64,000 bases of DNA from Firmicutes bacterium UBA2058 (GTDB lineage: Bacteria; Bacillota; Clostridia; Tissierellales; Sedimentibacteraceae), in contig DDAM01000012.1 in NCBI GenBank assembly GCA_002332905.1, positions 106-64,105 on the forward strand, read 5' to 3'. Position numbers and translations under genes: made by a program. Positions 38,814 to 48,711 of the stretch are shown in pieces; position 1 is the first letter of the stretch, and the number at the start of each line of letters is the position of its first letter. A model generated the notes under the pieces. That model saw only the letters and a list, made by a program, of their open reading frames with translations, did no database searches and was not told the DNA's origin.

Positions 38814-39530
38814 TTGATTGATGGATTAATTGAATTTATTTTTCCATTCACAATTTTTCTTTTTGGATACATAACTAATGGCAGCTCCTTTCCTCAACCT
38901 TTAAATAAGAATGAAGAATATGAGCTAATAGAGAAATCAAAAGTGGGAGACCTTGAGGCACGAAATATACTGATTGAACGGAATTTACGTTTGGTGGCAC
39001 ATGTAGTTAAAAAATACAAATCTGTGAATATGGATCCTGAGGACTTAATTTCTATAGGTACAATTGGATTAATTAAAGCGGTTACCACATTTGACAACAA
39101 TAAGGGAATTAGACTTGCTACATATGCTGCAAAATGTATAGAGAATGAAATACTTATGACACTAAGAAGTGACAAAAAATTAAAGAACGAAATTTCATTG
39201 CATGAACCACTTGGAACTGATAAGGAAGGTAATAGTATATACTTAATTGATATTATAAGATATGAATGTGAAGAAGTTATAGGACGACTTGATAAGGAGC
39301 AAAAGATTGATATATTAAATAAAATATGGGATAAAACTTTGCAAAAGAGAGAAAAAACAATTATTGAAATGAGATATGGTATACGAAACAACGATCATAA
39401 AACTCAACGTGAAATTGCAAAACAACTTGGAATATCTCGTTCTTATGTTTCGAGAATTGAAAAAAAGGCACTAAAAAAATTATACGATGCATTGTTGAAT
39501 TATGAAAGAAGTGACATTAAAGAAGTATAA
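38814..39530 (+). CDS. sigK: Pro-sigmaK sporulation sigma factor, uninterrupted
   Basis: Pro-sequence then GYITNGSSFPQPL; RNLRLVAHVVKKY; DLISIGTIGLIK; TQREIAKQLGISRSYVSRIEKKAL. Confidence 0.93.
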   Translation: MIDGLIEFIFPFTIFLFGYITNGSSFPQPLNKNEEYELIEKSKVGDLEARNILIERNLRLVAHVVKKYKSVNMDPEDLISIGTIGLIKAVTTFDNNKGIRLATYAAKCIENEILMTLRSDKKLKNEISLHEPLGTDKEGNSIYLIDIIRYECEEVIGRLDKEQKIDILNKIWDKTLQKREKTIIEMRYGIRNNDHKTQREIAKQLGISRSYVSRIEKKALKKLYDALLNYERSDIKEV

Positions 39531-39562
39531 TTATCACAGTTTCAAATGTCAAATATATAAAT

Positions 39563-39602
39563 AAAAAGTCCATCACACAAGATAATTTGTGTTGGACTTT
39601 TT
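39563..39602. terminator. Bidirectional terminator
   Basis: AAAAGTCCA..CACAA...TTGTG.TGGACTTTT between convergent genes. Confidence 0.65.
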
Positions 39603-39613
39603 GTTTTTATAAA

Positions 39614-40096
39614 TTAATTTTTATTCCCATTATGCAAGCAATTATCTATAGCTATAGTAAGAGCTGTAAAGAAAGCTGCATCCTTATCATTAGCTACTTC
39701 TAGTTTATAACTATCGCCAATTGTCATCCACTCTTTGCTTATTCTACCTAATAACGCTCCGTTACAGATTACATCAAAATCCATATCAAAAAATTCACCT
39801 TGAATATCAAAATTTCCATAAGAACTTGTAACAGTTAGCCTTGGCCTAAAGAATGAAAATTCTTGTTTAACTTCTGCACATAGCAATTCACCATTATATA
39901 TTTCATATTCTGCAAACATAAAAGTTAACTTTTTCTTAATAAAAAACAATTCATTATCATACATATCATATAGGTGTATTTTACTTAAAAAAGATAAAAA
40001 TTCACTTTCTACTCTATATACAGGCTGTAAATTTTCATCAAAAACATTATAAGAATCTGTAAGTGAAAAAACCTTTTGCTTAATATATAAAATCAA
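39614..40096 (-). CDS. LURP-one/scramblase family protein
   Basis: LYIKQKVFSLTDSYNV, ISKEW..GDSY. Confidence 0.85.
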   Translation of the reverse strand: MILYIKQKVFSLTDSYNVFDENLQPVYRVESEFLSFLSKIHLYDMYDNELFFIKKKLTFMFAEYEIYNGELLCAEVKQEFSFFRPRLTVTSSYGNFDIQGEFFDMDFDVICNGALLGRISKEWMTIGDSYKLEVANDKDAAFFTALTIAIDNCLHNGNKN

Positions 40097-40240
40097 ATTA
40101 GTCCCTCCTATAATACTTATATAATTTATATTAAACTAAATATGTGTTTAATTCAAGGAAAATTTAATTAATCATTAAATGAAAGTACTATTGATATCAA
40201 AAAAATAGCAAATTATAAGGATTAATTTGCTATTTTATAT

Positions 40241-40861
40241 TTATTGTTCCATAAATGCTTTAATTTTAGTCACCATTAAATCTATTGCTACTAAATTATT
40301 TCCACCTTCAGTTACTATAATGTCTGCATACTTTTTAGTTGGTTCTATAAATTGTTCGTGTGCAGGTCTTACAGTATTGATATACTGAGCAATAACAGAG
40401 TCTACCGTACGAGCCCTCTCGTTTATATCTCTTATTATTCTTCTTATTAGCCTTAAGTCTGCATCTGTATCTACAAATATTTTTATATCTAGTAAATCTC
40501 TTATTCTCTCGTCATAGAAAACTAATAAGCCTTCAATTATTATTATTTCCTTTGGTTCAATTAATTCTATTTCTTTCTTTCTATTATGAACTTCATAGTC
40601 ATATAATGGCTTTTCAATAGCCTGTCCATTTTTTAATGATTGAATATGCTCTATTAACAAGTCAGTGTCAAATGCAAATGGATGGTCATAGTTTGTTTTA
40701 CATCTCTCTTCATATGATAAATGACTTTGATCCTTGTAATAAGCATCCTGTTCAATTATAGCTATACTTCTTTCTGGAACCTCAGAAAAAATCTTATTAA
40801 CAATTGTAGTTTTTCCCGAACCGCTACCTCCAGTTATACCAATAAATAAAGGTGTTTTCAT
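40241..40861 (-). CDS. udk: Uridine kinase
   Basis: [23 protein letters not shown]. Confidence 0.95.
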   Translation of the reverse strand: MKTPLFIGITGGSGSGKTTIVNKIFSEVPERSIAIIEQDAYYKDQSHLSYEERCKTNYDHPFAFDTDLLIEHIQSLKNGQAIEKPLYDYEVHNRKKEIELIEPKEIIIIEGLLVFYDERIRDLLDIKIFVDTDADLRLIRRIIRDINERARTVDSVIAQYINTVRPAHEQFIEPTKKYADIIVTEGGNNLVAIDLMVTKIKAFMEQ

Positions 40862-40862
40862 T

Positions 40863-42086
40863 TTATGCGTCCTTTCTTTTCCTAATTATATAGTATGGAG
40901 CAACCTCTTTTTCAATTTTCATTTGAATTAGCTCTTGTGGATGAGGTGCTGAATCAATTTTTTCGCCTTTTTTATTTCTCATATCCTTAGCCACTATCTC
41001 AAAATGTCTTCCAACTGGCCCGGAAACCTCTAAAATATCGCCTTCGTTAAATTTATTTCTTTGTTCAACTGTTGCGATTTGTGTAGCCTTATCATAATCT
41101 CTAACAATACCTACTACATCATAGGTTCTAATGTAGCTACTTGAAGTATATAGTTGTCCAGCTTCATATGGATTTCCTAAGTAAAATCCATAAGTATAAT
41201 CTCTATATGAAGCCTTTTCAAGCTCTTCCTTCCAATATTTTAAATCAGCCTTTTCTCCATACTTTGCAACTTCTAAAAGGGCATTTTTGTATGCTTTAAC
41301 AGCATTTGCTGTGTAATATTCACTTTTCATTCTACCTTCAATTTTCAAGGCAGTTAAACCTAAATCTATGAACTTTTGCATATATTCAATCATGCATAAA
41401 TCCTTAGAGTTAAATATAAATGTTCCTTCATCATTTTCTTCTATAGGGAAATATTCTCCAGGTCTCTTTTCTTCAACTATGTTATATTTCCATCTGCACG
41501 GTTGAGAACAATCACCTTTATTTGAGTATCTTCCAGTCATAAAACTACTCAATAAGCATCTTCCAGAATAGGAAATGCACATAGCTCCATGTACAAAAGC
41601 TTCAAATTCTAATTCTTTAGGTGTATCTTGTATCATTTGCTCTATCTCAACAAATGATAGCTCACGAGCTAAAACTATTCTTTTTACACCTTGTTTATAC
41701 CAAAAGTTTGCAGCACTTGAATTTGTAGTGTTAGCTTGTGTACTAAGATGTATACGCATATCTGGTATTGTTTGTTTTATAATATCTATAACCCCAGCAT
41801 CTGAAGCTATAAGTGCATCAACTCCTATTTTTTGTAGGTATTTAAGATAATCCTCAAAACCTTTTAAATCATCATTGTGTGGTACTATATTTACTGTTAT
41901 ATGTGCTCTTACGCCGTGCTTATGGCAATACTCAATTCCTTTTTCTAAATCATCAGAACCAAAATTCTTAGATCCAGCTCTTAGACCCATTGATTTTCCA
42001 GCAAAGAAAACCTCATCTGCTCCATATTGAACTGCCATCATTAATTTTTCTAAATTGCCAGCAGGGGCTAATATTTTTGGTAACAT
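40863..42086 (-). CDS. U32 family protein (tRNA hydroxylation, TrhP-like)
   Basis: [29 protein letters not shown]. Confidence 0.92.
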   Translation of the reverse strand: MLPKILAPAGNLEKLMMAVQYGADEVFFAGKSMGLRAGSKNFGSDDLEKGIEYCHKHGVRAHITVNIVPHNDDLKGFEDYLKYLQKIGVDALIASDAGVIDIIKQTIPDMRIHLSTQANTTNSSAANFWYKQGVKRIVLARELSFVEIEQMIQDTPKELEFEAFVHGAMCISYSGRCLLSSFMTGRYSNKGDCSQPCRWKYNIVEEKRPGEYFPIEENDEGTFIFNSKDLCMIEYMQKFIDLGLTALKIEGRMKSEYYTANAVKAYKNALLEVAKYGEKADLKYWKEELEKASYRDYTYGFYLGNPYEAGQLYTSSSYIRTYDVVGIVRDYDKATQIATVEQRNKFNEGDILEVSGPVGRHFEIVAKDMRNKKGEKIDSAPHPQELIQMKIEKEVAPYYIIRKRKDA

Positions 42087-42099
42087 AATCTTCTCCTTA

Positions 42100-42744
42100 T
42101 TATTTAACTTTAATCAAAGCTACTCCATCTCCGATTGGAATAATCGAAGTTTCAAATCTCTCATTTGTAGAAACATATTCTAAAAACTCTCTCATGTTTC
42201 TTACGATTGTTCTTTTTCGTTTCGTAACTAATTCATCATTTGCTATTAAACCCTTATATAGTACATTATCGCAGATAATTATTCCATTTGGATTTAGTAT
42301 TTTCAAAATTTTATCTAAAAATTCATCATAATGGCTTTTTGCAGCATCAATAAATGCTATATCAAATTTTTCACTAATGTAATCTAGTGCAGTTATAGCA
42401 TCATCATTGATAATTCTAATATTCTTTTCACATTTAAACTTTTTAATGTTATCAATTGCCTCATTACAAACATCTTCATTTATTTCAATAGACAATATAT
42501 CTACATTCTTATTAAGAGCTTTGCACATGAATATTGATGAAAATCCAACATTAGTACCTACTTCAAGTATTTTTTTTGGTTTAATAATATTTAACATTAC
42601 TTTTATAAATTGTCCAACTTCTTTTTGTATAATAGGTCTATGGTTTTCAATACAGTTTTCTCTGAATTTTTCTAATTCTTCATCTTCATCTTTTATTAAG
42701 CCTTGTATATAAGTCTGTATATAATCTCTAGTTATTTCATTCAT
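42100..42744 (-). CDS. O-methyltransferase (TrmR/YrrM-like)
   Basis: LEVGT..GFS, FIDAAK, DNVL..G; conserved position between mltG and U32. Confidence 0.88.
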   Translation of the reverse strand: MNEITRDYIQTYIQGLIKDEDEELEKFRENCIENHRPIIQKEVGQFIKVMLNIIKPKKILEVGTNVGFSSIFMCKALNKNVDILSIEINEDVCNEAIDNIKKFKCEKNIRIINDDAITALDYISEKFDIAFIDAAKSHYDEFLDKILKILNPNGIIICDNVLYKGLIANDELVTKRKRTIVRNMREFLEYVSTNERFETSIIPIGDGVALIKVK

Positions 42745-42768
42745 TATGCTACCTCTATTAATCTAATA

Positions 42769-43791
42769 TTAATCTAAATATTTTTCCTTTGCAGCAAGAT
42801 GTTCATCATATGTTTTTGAAAAATAATGCGAACCATCACCTTTTGCTAAGAAATATAAATATTCAGTATTTTCTGGATTTAAGCAAGCATCTATAGATGC
42901 TTTACCCGGCGAATTAATAGGAGTTGGCGGAAGTCCAACATTAATGTATGTGTTATATGGAGAATCTATTGCAATATCTTCATTTGTCAATCTTTCTTTC
43001 CATTCCCCACGTGCATAGTTTACAGTTGCACAAGATTGTAGCATCATATCAACTTTAAGCCTATTTAAAAAAACTCCTGCGATTGTACTTCTTTCCTCTT
43101 TACGTACAGCTTCCTTCTCAACAATTGAAGCTAAAGTAATCATTTCTTTAAAGGTTAGTTCACTATTTGCCATAGCAGGAAGAATTGTTGATTCATAATA
43201 CTTTTCAAATTGAGTTAATAAAAAATCAATAACCTCTTCTTCATTTAAACCCTTGTACATATTATATGTTTCAGGCAATAAATATCCTTGTAAATCCTCA
43301 ATTTCTTTATTATCAGTTAAAAATTGATACTTATCTCTAAAATAATCAGCATTCTTCATAAGCTCAACTAATTTATTATAATCAAGCGATAGTTGATCTG
43401 AGATAGCCTTTGCCGTATCTTCAAGAATTAATCCTTCGATTATAGTTAAATTAACAGTGTTATCAAAGCTCGCCTTATTTATAAGAGCATTTAAAATTTC
43501 TTCTACATTCATGCTTTTACTTAGCGTAAATACACCAGCTTTTAGTTTTACATCATAGCCTTCTTTTTTAGCAAAATATTTAAAAACACTTTTATCTTGA
43601 ATTAAATTGTTACTATATAAAATTTCTGCTATAGAGTTTGTTGAGCTGCCAGAAGGTATTTCTATTTTCACTTGTGTAGTATCATTTACATCAACTGCAT
43701 TTAAAGATTTATCAATATAACCATTTACTAACATATACACGCCAAATGCAATGATTGCAACAACTACTAAAAATATTATAAACTTTTTCAT
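42769..43791 (-). CDS. mltG: Endolytic transglycosylase MltG
   Basis: GYLLPETY, LASIVEKE, SPYNTY..GLPPTPI. Confidence 0.95.
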   Translation of the reverse strand: MKKFIIFLVVVAIIAFGVYMLVNGYIDKSLNAVDVNDTTQVKIEIPSGSSTNSIAEILYSNNLIQDKSVFKYFAKKEGYDVKLKAGVFTLSKSMNVEEILNALINKASFDNTVNLTIIEGLILEDTAKAISDQLSLDYNKLVELMKNADYFRDKYQFLTDNKEIEDLQGYLLPETYNMYKGLNEEEVIDFLLTQFEKYYESTILPAMANSELTFKEMITLASIVEKEAVRKEERSTIAGVFLNRLKVDMMLQSCATVNYARGEWKERLTNEDIAIDSPYNTYINVGLPPTPINSPGKASIDACLNPENTEYLYFLAKGDGSHYFSKTYDEHLAAKEKYLD

Positions 43792-44045
43792 GTACTCTCC
43801 TTAATTATTTAAAATTCTTCAATTATTAATTAATTGTTAAGGCTAATTAATCCATTAATATTATACAACTCAAATGCTAATTTATCAATAAAAATAATAA
43901 ATCTCTTAATATTTAACCATGTCTCAATTTTTAACTCATGAAAAAAGCTGTTAACATTTGCTACAGCTCTTTATAAAAATGACTCTTTGTCTTGATGGAG
44001 CAAGGAATTTATTAATCCTCACCCCAACAATTTATAAAGAGTCAT

Positions 44046-44372
44046 TTATATCTCCACAACCTCTGAAATTATTTTAGAAACATCATTCATTAGCTGTTCT
44101 AGTTTCATTTCTTTATCAAAATAATCTTTAATATTTTCATCTAATATAGCAACTTCTTGCATTTTTTGAACATTGCTAATTTGCTCATCAGATACTTCTA
44201 TTCCTTGCATTGACATCATCTGCAGCTCCATAACTTTTTCCTGTAGATTATCAAGCATTTTCTTTGAGCTAGCTATACTATATACTTTTTCTTTTGAATT
44301 TTTAAAATCAATATATTCATTGCTTTTCTTTATAGAGTCTGCAAGATTCCTTGCTGCATCATATGGATTCAT
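44046..44372 (-). CDS. YlbF/YheA-family regulator
   Basis: YDAARNLADSIKKSNEY helical pattern. Confidence 0.8.
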   Translation of the reverse strand: MNPYDAARNLADSIKKSNEYIDFKNSKEKVYSIASSKKMLDNLQEKVMELQMMSMQGIEVSDEQISNVQKMQEVAILDENIKDYFDKEMKLEQLMNDVSKIISEVVEI

Positions 44373-46048
44373 TATTGTACGCTTACCTCCATTATGATTG
44401 GTAAAATCATCGGACTTCTCTTTATTTTTTCATAAATGAAGTTATTTAAATCATCCTTAATCATAGTCTTTATAGAGCTCCAATCCTTAATATTAGAATC
44501 TTTACACTTGTTAAGAGCGATATTAACAATTTTTTTAGATTCATCTATTAGGTCTACATTTTCTCTAACGTATATAAATCCCCTTGATACAATATCAGGA
44601 CCAGAAATAATATCACCTGTATTTTTATCAATTGTTATAACTGCAATTATAAGACCATTTTCTGATAAATGCTTTCTGTCTCTCAATACTATATTGCCAA
44701 CATCACCTACACCAAGCCCATCAACAAGTATGTTACCTGATTGTACAGAACCGTTTATCATACCGGATTTAGTATTAAATTCAATAACATCACCTGTTTC
44801 AGCTATGATAATATTTTCTTCACTAATACCAAGCTCCACTGCTAATTTTGCGTGATGTTTTAAATGTCTAAACTCTCCATGCACTGGCATAAAGAACTTA
44901 GGCTTTAATAGAGTAAGCATAAGCTTTAATTCCTCTTGTCTAGCATGACCTGAAACGTGAATTTCTTCTAATGCATCATATAAAACATCTGCACCTTTTT
45001 GATACAACATATTTATTACTCTTGCAACAGTTTTTTCATTTCCAGGTATAGGATTTGCAGAAATTATAACCATATCACCAGCCTTAATATCTAGTTTTTT
45101 ATGATCACTGTTTGCCATTCTAGTTAAGGCAGACATAGGTTCTCCCTGACTACCTGTTGTTATAAGTGCAATTTCTTCATCCTTATATTTTCTTAAATCA
45201 TTAACATTTACAAATGTCCCATCAGGAACTTCTAAATATCCAAGCTCCTGTGCTACTTTGATAACATTTACCATGCTTCTTCCTGAAACAGCAACTTTAC
45301 GATTATATGCTACAGCTGCATTAACTATTTGTTGAACTCTGTGAATATTGGAAGCAAATGTAGCAACAATTATTCTTTGCTTAGAGTTTTTAAATACATC
45401 CATAAATTTATTGCCAACTGTACGCTCTGACTGTGTATATCCTGGTCTTTCTACGTTTGTACTATCAGACATAGCTACTAGTACACCTTTTCTTCCATAC
45501 TCTGCAAAGGTATTTAAATCTATTACATCTCCATTTATTGGTGTATAATCTATTTTAAAGTCCCCTGTATGAACAACTGTACCCATTGGTGTTTCTATTG
45601 CAAATCCAACAGAATCTGGTATACTATGGTTAGTTCCAATAAAATTAACTTTAAAGCAGCCTACCTTTACATTTTCTCCAGGATTTACTACATTTAGGCT
45701 TACATCTTCAAGCTTATGCTCTAATAACTTATTTCCTATTAATCCAATAGTCAATCTTGTTCCATAAACAGGAATATTTATTTTCTTAAGTACATATGGA
45801 ATTGCACCAATATGATCTTCATGCCCGTGAGTTAAAAACAATCCTTTTACTTTGTCTTTATTTTTTATTAAGTAAGTAACATCTGGTATTACTATATCTA
45901 TTCCCAGCATTTCATCTTCTGGAAATGCCATTCCGCAATCTATAACAATTATATCTTTATTATATTCTATAACTGTAATATTTTTCCCAATTTCGCCTAA
46001 GCCTCCAAGTGGGATAATTTTCAATTTATTTTTTTTGGTTTGTGCCAA
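44372..46048 (-). CDS. rnj: Ribonuclease J
   Basis: PLGGLGEIGKN, THGHEDHIG, HTGDFK, HVSGH. Confidence 0.96.
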   Translation of the reverse strand: MAQTKKNKLKIIPLGGLGEIGKNITVIEYNKDIIVIDCGMAFPEDEMLGIDIVIPDVTYLIKNKDKVKGLFLTHGHEDHIGAIPYVLKKINIPVYGTRLTIGLIGNKLLEHKLEDVSLNVVNPGENVKVGCFKVNFIGTNHSIPDSVGFAIETPMGTVVHTGDFKIDYTPINGDVIDLNTFAEYGRKGVLVAMSDSTNVERPGYTQSERTVGNKFMDVFKNSKQRIIVATFASNIHRVQQIVNAAVAYNRKVAVSGRSMVNVIKVAQELGYLEVPDGTFVNVNDLRKYKDEEIALITTGSQGEPMSALTRMANSDHKKLDIKAGDMVIISANPIPGNEKTVARVINMLYQKGADVLYDALEEIHVSGHARQEELKLMLTLLKPKFFMPVHGEFRHLKHHAKLAVELGISEENIIIAETGDVIEFNTKSGMINGSVQSGNILVDGLGVGDVGNIVLRDRKHLSENGLIIAVITIDKNTGDIISGPDIVSRGFIYVRENVDLIDESKKIVNIALNKCKDSNIKDWSSIKTMIKDDLNNFIYEKIKRSPMILPIIMEVSVQ

Positions 46049-46093
46049 GTTTTCATCTCCTTATTTTACATTCGTTATATACAAATAAATAAG

Positions 46094-46438
46094 CTATATT
46101 AAATCATCTGCCATAGCTTCATAAATCTCTATTACTTCTTTTAGCTCTTCTTCATCTTCAATGATATTAAACATCATTTCTCCATTTTCCATTTCGTCAA
46201 CGCTGTAGATCATACCTTCATCAGAGTTCTCTTCTCTTAATACAGCGTATTGAACATCATCCAAATGAAAAGTTGCTTCAATTACAAGTCTTTCAACTTT
46301 ACCATCATCATTAATTAATTCAACTATTTGTTCTTCGTATTCTTCTTCATCAATAAAATCTAAATCTTCATCGTCTAATTCATTAACATCTAAAGCATCA
46401 TTATCTTTATTATTTTCCTTATTTCCCTTATTATTCAT
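46094..46438 (-). CDS. DUF1292 family acidic protein
   Basis: Very acidic; YAVL; conserved position after ruvX. Confidence 0.75.
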   Translation of the reverse strand: MNNKGNKENNKDNDALDVNELDDEDLDFIDEEEYEEQIVELINDDGKVERLVIEATFHLDDVQYAVLREENSDEGMIYSVDEMENGEMMFNIIEDEEELKEVIEIYEAMADDLI

Positions 46439-46541
46439 AAATCCTCCTATCTTTTATTGAAATATATCCATGCTGCTTAATGCACATGGGTTTGTGGGAT
46501 ATTTATATTGTTATTAAAATAATATTTTCACTTTAAGAATA

Positions 46542-46967
46542 TCATAATACGGATCTTTTCATTCTTTCCATATAAGTAGTTAGAATTTGAACAGCTGCAA
46601 GCTTATCAATAACTTCTTTTCTTTTATTTCTCTTTACATCAGCACTTATTAATATCTTTTCAGATAATGCAGTAGTAAGGCGTTCATCTTGATAATTAAC
46701 TGGTAAATCTATTTTAGCTTTCATTTTTTCTGTAAATTCAATAACTTTTTCACCTTGAATTCCAATTGTGCCATCCATCATTTTTGGCATTCCTACTATA
46801 ATTTTAGTTACATTATGTTCATCAATGATTTTTTTTAATTCTTGTATATCTGCTTTTAAATTTGTTCTTTTTATAGTAGTAACTCCCTGTGCTGTTATCA
46901 TAAGTAAATCGCTTACTGCTACTCCTATTGTTCTATCTCCTACATCTAACCCTATTAGTCTATCCAT
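46542..46967 (-). CDS. ruvX: Holliday junction resolvase-like RuvX/YqgF
   Basis: GLDVGDRTIGVAVSD, DERLTT, IDKLAA. Confidence 0.95.
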   Translation of the reverse strand: MDRLIGLDVGDRTIGVAVSDLLMITAQGVTTIKRTNLKADIQELKKIIDEHNVTKIIVGMPKMMDGTIGIQGEKVIEFTEKMKAKIDLPVNYQDERLTTALSEKILISADVKRNKRKEVIDKLAAVQILTTYMERMKRSVL

Positions 46968-46970
46968 TAT

Positions 46971-47101
46971 TATATCCATGCACCTATTGCACAAAAGAAC
47001 CAGTCTTTCTTTTTAAGAAAGACTAAAGATTTATGCATGGATTCGGTGCCTACTTTCTTATTGACTTTTTTTAAAAAGTTTTTTTTCATTTCTTTCAACC
47101 T
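46971..47101 (-). repeat. Intergenic repeat family 2 (ATCCATG...CATGGAT), ruvX copy
   Basis: Terminal inverted repeat 46974-46982/47034-47042, inner hairpin, TTTCTTTCAACCT tail shared with 48553-48645. Confidence 0.7.
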
Positions 47102-47107
47102 TATTCC

Positions 47108-48055
47108 TCACACTATTTTTATACAAAAGCTATCACATTCGCTAGCGCAATAGCTACATAAAACACATTTCTCCATATTAACACAGCACTTACCATCAAT
47201 TAGACTAAGTGCTTGTTGTTTACATTTTTCTACGCATTTTCCACAACCGATACACCAGTAAGCTATGTTAAGCTTACGATTTATATTTTTTACTTGAGAT
47301 TTAATATCATTTGATACCTCTTTATTCTCAAGATAACATATATTTGTATCAATTTCAGCTTTACTTTTCATCCCTATAGCTATAGTATCTACCGCTTCTA
47401 TCTTATTAACAAAATTAAATGCTATTTTTGTATCTGACAATAAATGCCCACCACCATAGGGTTTCATTGCCATAATAAATTTACCATTTGATTTTGCTTT
47501 TTCAACAGCCTCAATCATCTGTAAATTTGTGCCGTCATTTATGCCAATTCCCGTGCTGTTTACAATTGTAAATACAACATCTATTTCATTAAATTTTATG
47601 CTATCTGTAACAGCCTGAATTGTATGGGTAGATATACCAAATTTTTTTATTATTCCCTTTTCTTTATATTTCATAAACTCTTCTACAGCTTCATAATGTC
47701 CTAAGAAGTTGTTTCCATTATCCTGTTCATGTAACATAAAAATATCTATATAGTCAGTATTTAACTCATTTAGAGCCTTTTCTATACTGTATTTAGCAGT
47801 TTCTTTATTATATGCATAACTCTTTGTTGCTATGTATAAGCTGTCTCTTTTTTTATTTTTCAAAAAACTTCCAATAATATCATAATTATCATATAGTTCA
47901 GCAGTATCATAAAAATTAATTCCGTTTTCATAAGCATAGTTTAATACATTAACCTTATTTACAAAATCTTCGTTATTTTGCAAGTTACTAAGAGCTAATG
48001 TACCAAAGCATATTTTAGAAATTTTTTTTAAATCTTTATAATCAATATATTTCAT
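47108..48055 (-). CDS. Aldo/keto reductase with C-terminal 2x[4Fe-4S] domain
   Basis: GINFYDTAELY, IATK, DYIDIFMLH; CIGCGKCVEKC, CVLCSYCASEC. Confidence 0.92.
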   Translation of the reverse strand: MKYIDYKDLKKISKICFGTLALSNLQNNEDFVNKVNVLNYAYENGINFYDTAELYDNYDIIGSFLKNKKRDSLYIATKSYAYNKETAKYSIEKALNELNTDYIDIFMLHEQDNGNNFLGHYEAVEEFMKYKEKGIIKKFGISTHTIQAVTDSIKFNEIDVVFTIVNSTGIGINDGTNLQMIEAVEKAKSNGKFIMAMKPYGGGHLLSDTKIAFNFVNKIEAVDTIAIGMKSKAEIDTNICYLENKEVSNDIKSQVKNINRKLNIAYWCIGCGKCVEKCKQQALSLIDGKCCVNMEKCVLCSYCASECDSFCIKIV

Positions 48056-48060
48056 TTTAT

Positions 48061-48195
48061 CCTTCCATCATGCCACAAGGTGGCATCACAAATAGAAATG
48101 AAAAATCGTTTTTTGATTTTTCTAATCGTGAAATAAGTTTCACGTTGTAAAGTGTCTTTTTTCACACTATTAATCCCAGTTCGTATTTTCGAACA
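48061..48195 (-). repeat. Family 1 multi-hairpin repeat, copy B
   Basis: ATGCCAC-AAG-GTGGCAT, GAAAAATC..GATTTTTC, GTGAAA..TTTCAC, AGTGT..ACACT hairpins. Confidence 0.75.
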
Positions 48196-48278
48196 AAAAA
48201 ATTGCGATTGACTTACCATTATTTCTCTACATGAAATTTAGTTAGGGCATAAAAAACAAAGCGGTATAAATTATACCG

Positions 48279-48551
48279 CTATAACTTCAAAATATCTAAA
48301 TAAACATTTAGTATTTCTTCTAAAAGTTCATCTCTTTCTATCTTTCTTATAAGACTTCTAGCGTTATTATAGTTTGTAATATACGTAGGGTCACCTGAAA
48401 GTAAATAGCCTATTAATTGAGTATTAGGATTATATCCTTTCTCTTGTAAAGATTGATATACTTGAGATAGTATTTCCCTCGCCTTATTCATAGATTCGGT
48501 ATTATATTCAAATTTTGCTGTATTACTATTATAATTCGTATCATTTGCCAT
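48279..48551 (-). CDS. IreB/ReoM (UPF0297) family protein
   Basis: [39 protein letters not shown] before ATG 48551. Confidence 0.93.
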   Translation of the reverse strand: MANDTNYNSNTAKFEYNTESMNKAREILSQVYQSLQEKGYNPNTQLIGYLLSGDPTYITNYNNARSLIRKIERDELLEEILNVYLDILKL

Positions 48552-48552
48552 A

Positions 48553-48645
48553 ATTATATCCATGCCTCCAATACACATATTGCCATGATAGACTAAGGCA
48601 TGGATTAGGTATTTGAATTTCCTTCGCATGATTTCTTTCAACCTT
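48553..48645 (-). repeat. Intergenic repeat family 2, ireB copy
   Basis: ATCCATGCCT (48558-48567)/AGGCATGGAT (48596-48605) plus TTTCTTTCAACCTTA. Confidence 0.7.
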
Positions 48646-48711
48646 AGCGTCTCATTATATATATTATACTATATAACTAAATTAAAATCAAACAATTAGT
48701 TTGTACCTTTA

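Noticed and set aside
38814..39530. skin-type interruption of sigK
   Set aside because: The ORF is continuous with all sigma regions; no serine recombinase nearby
43977..44047. Long interrupted hairpin after ylbF-like gene as possible ncRNA
   Set aside because: Adequately explained as a terminator; similar long hairpins follow nifU (about 52643-52720)
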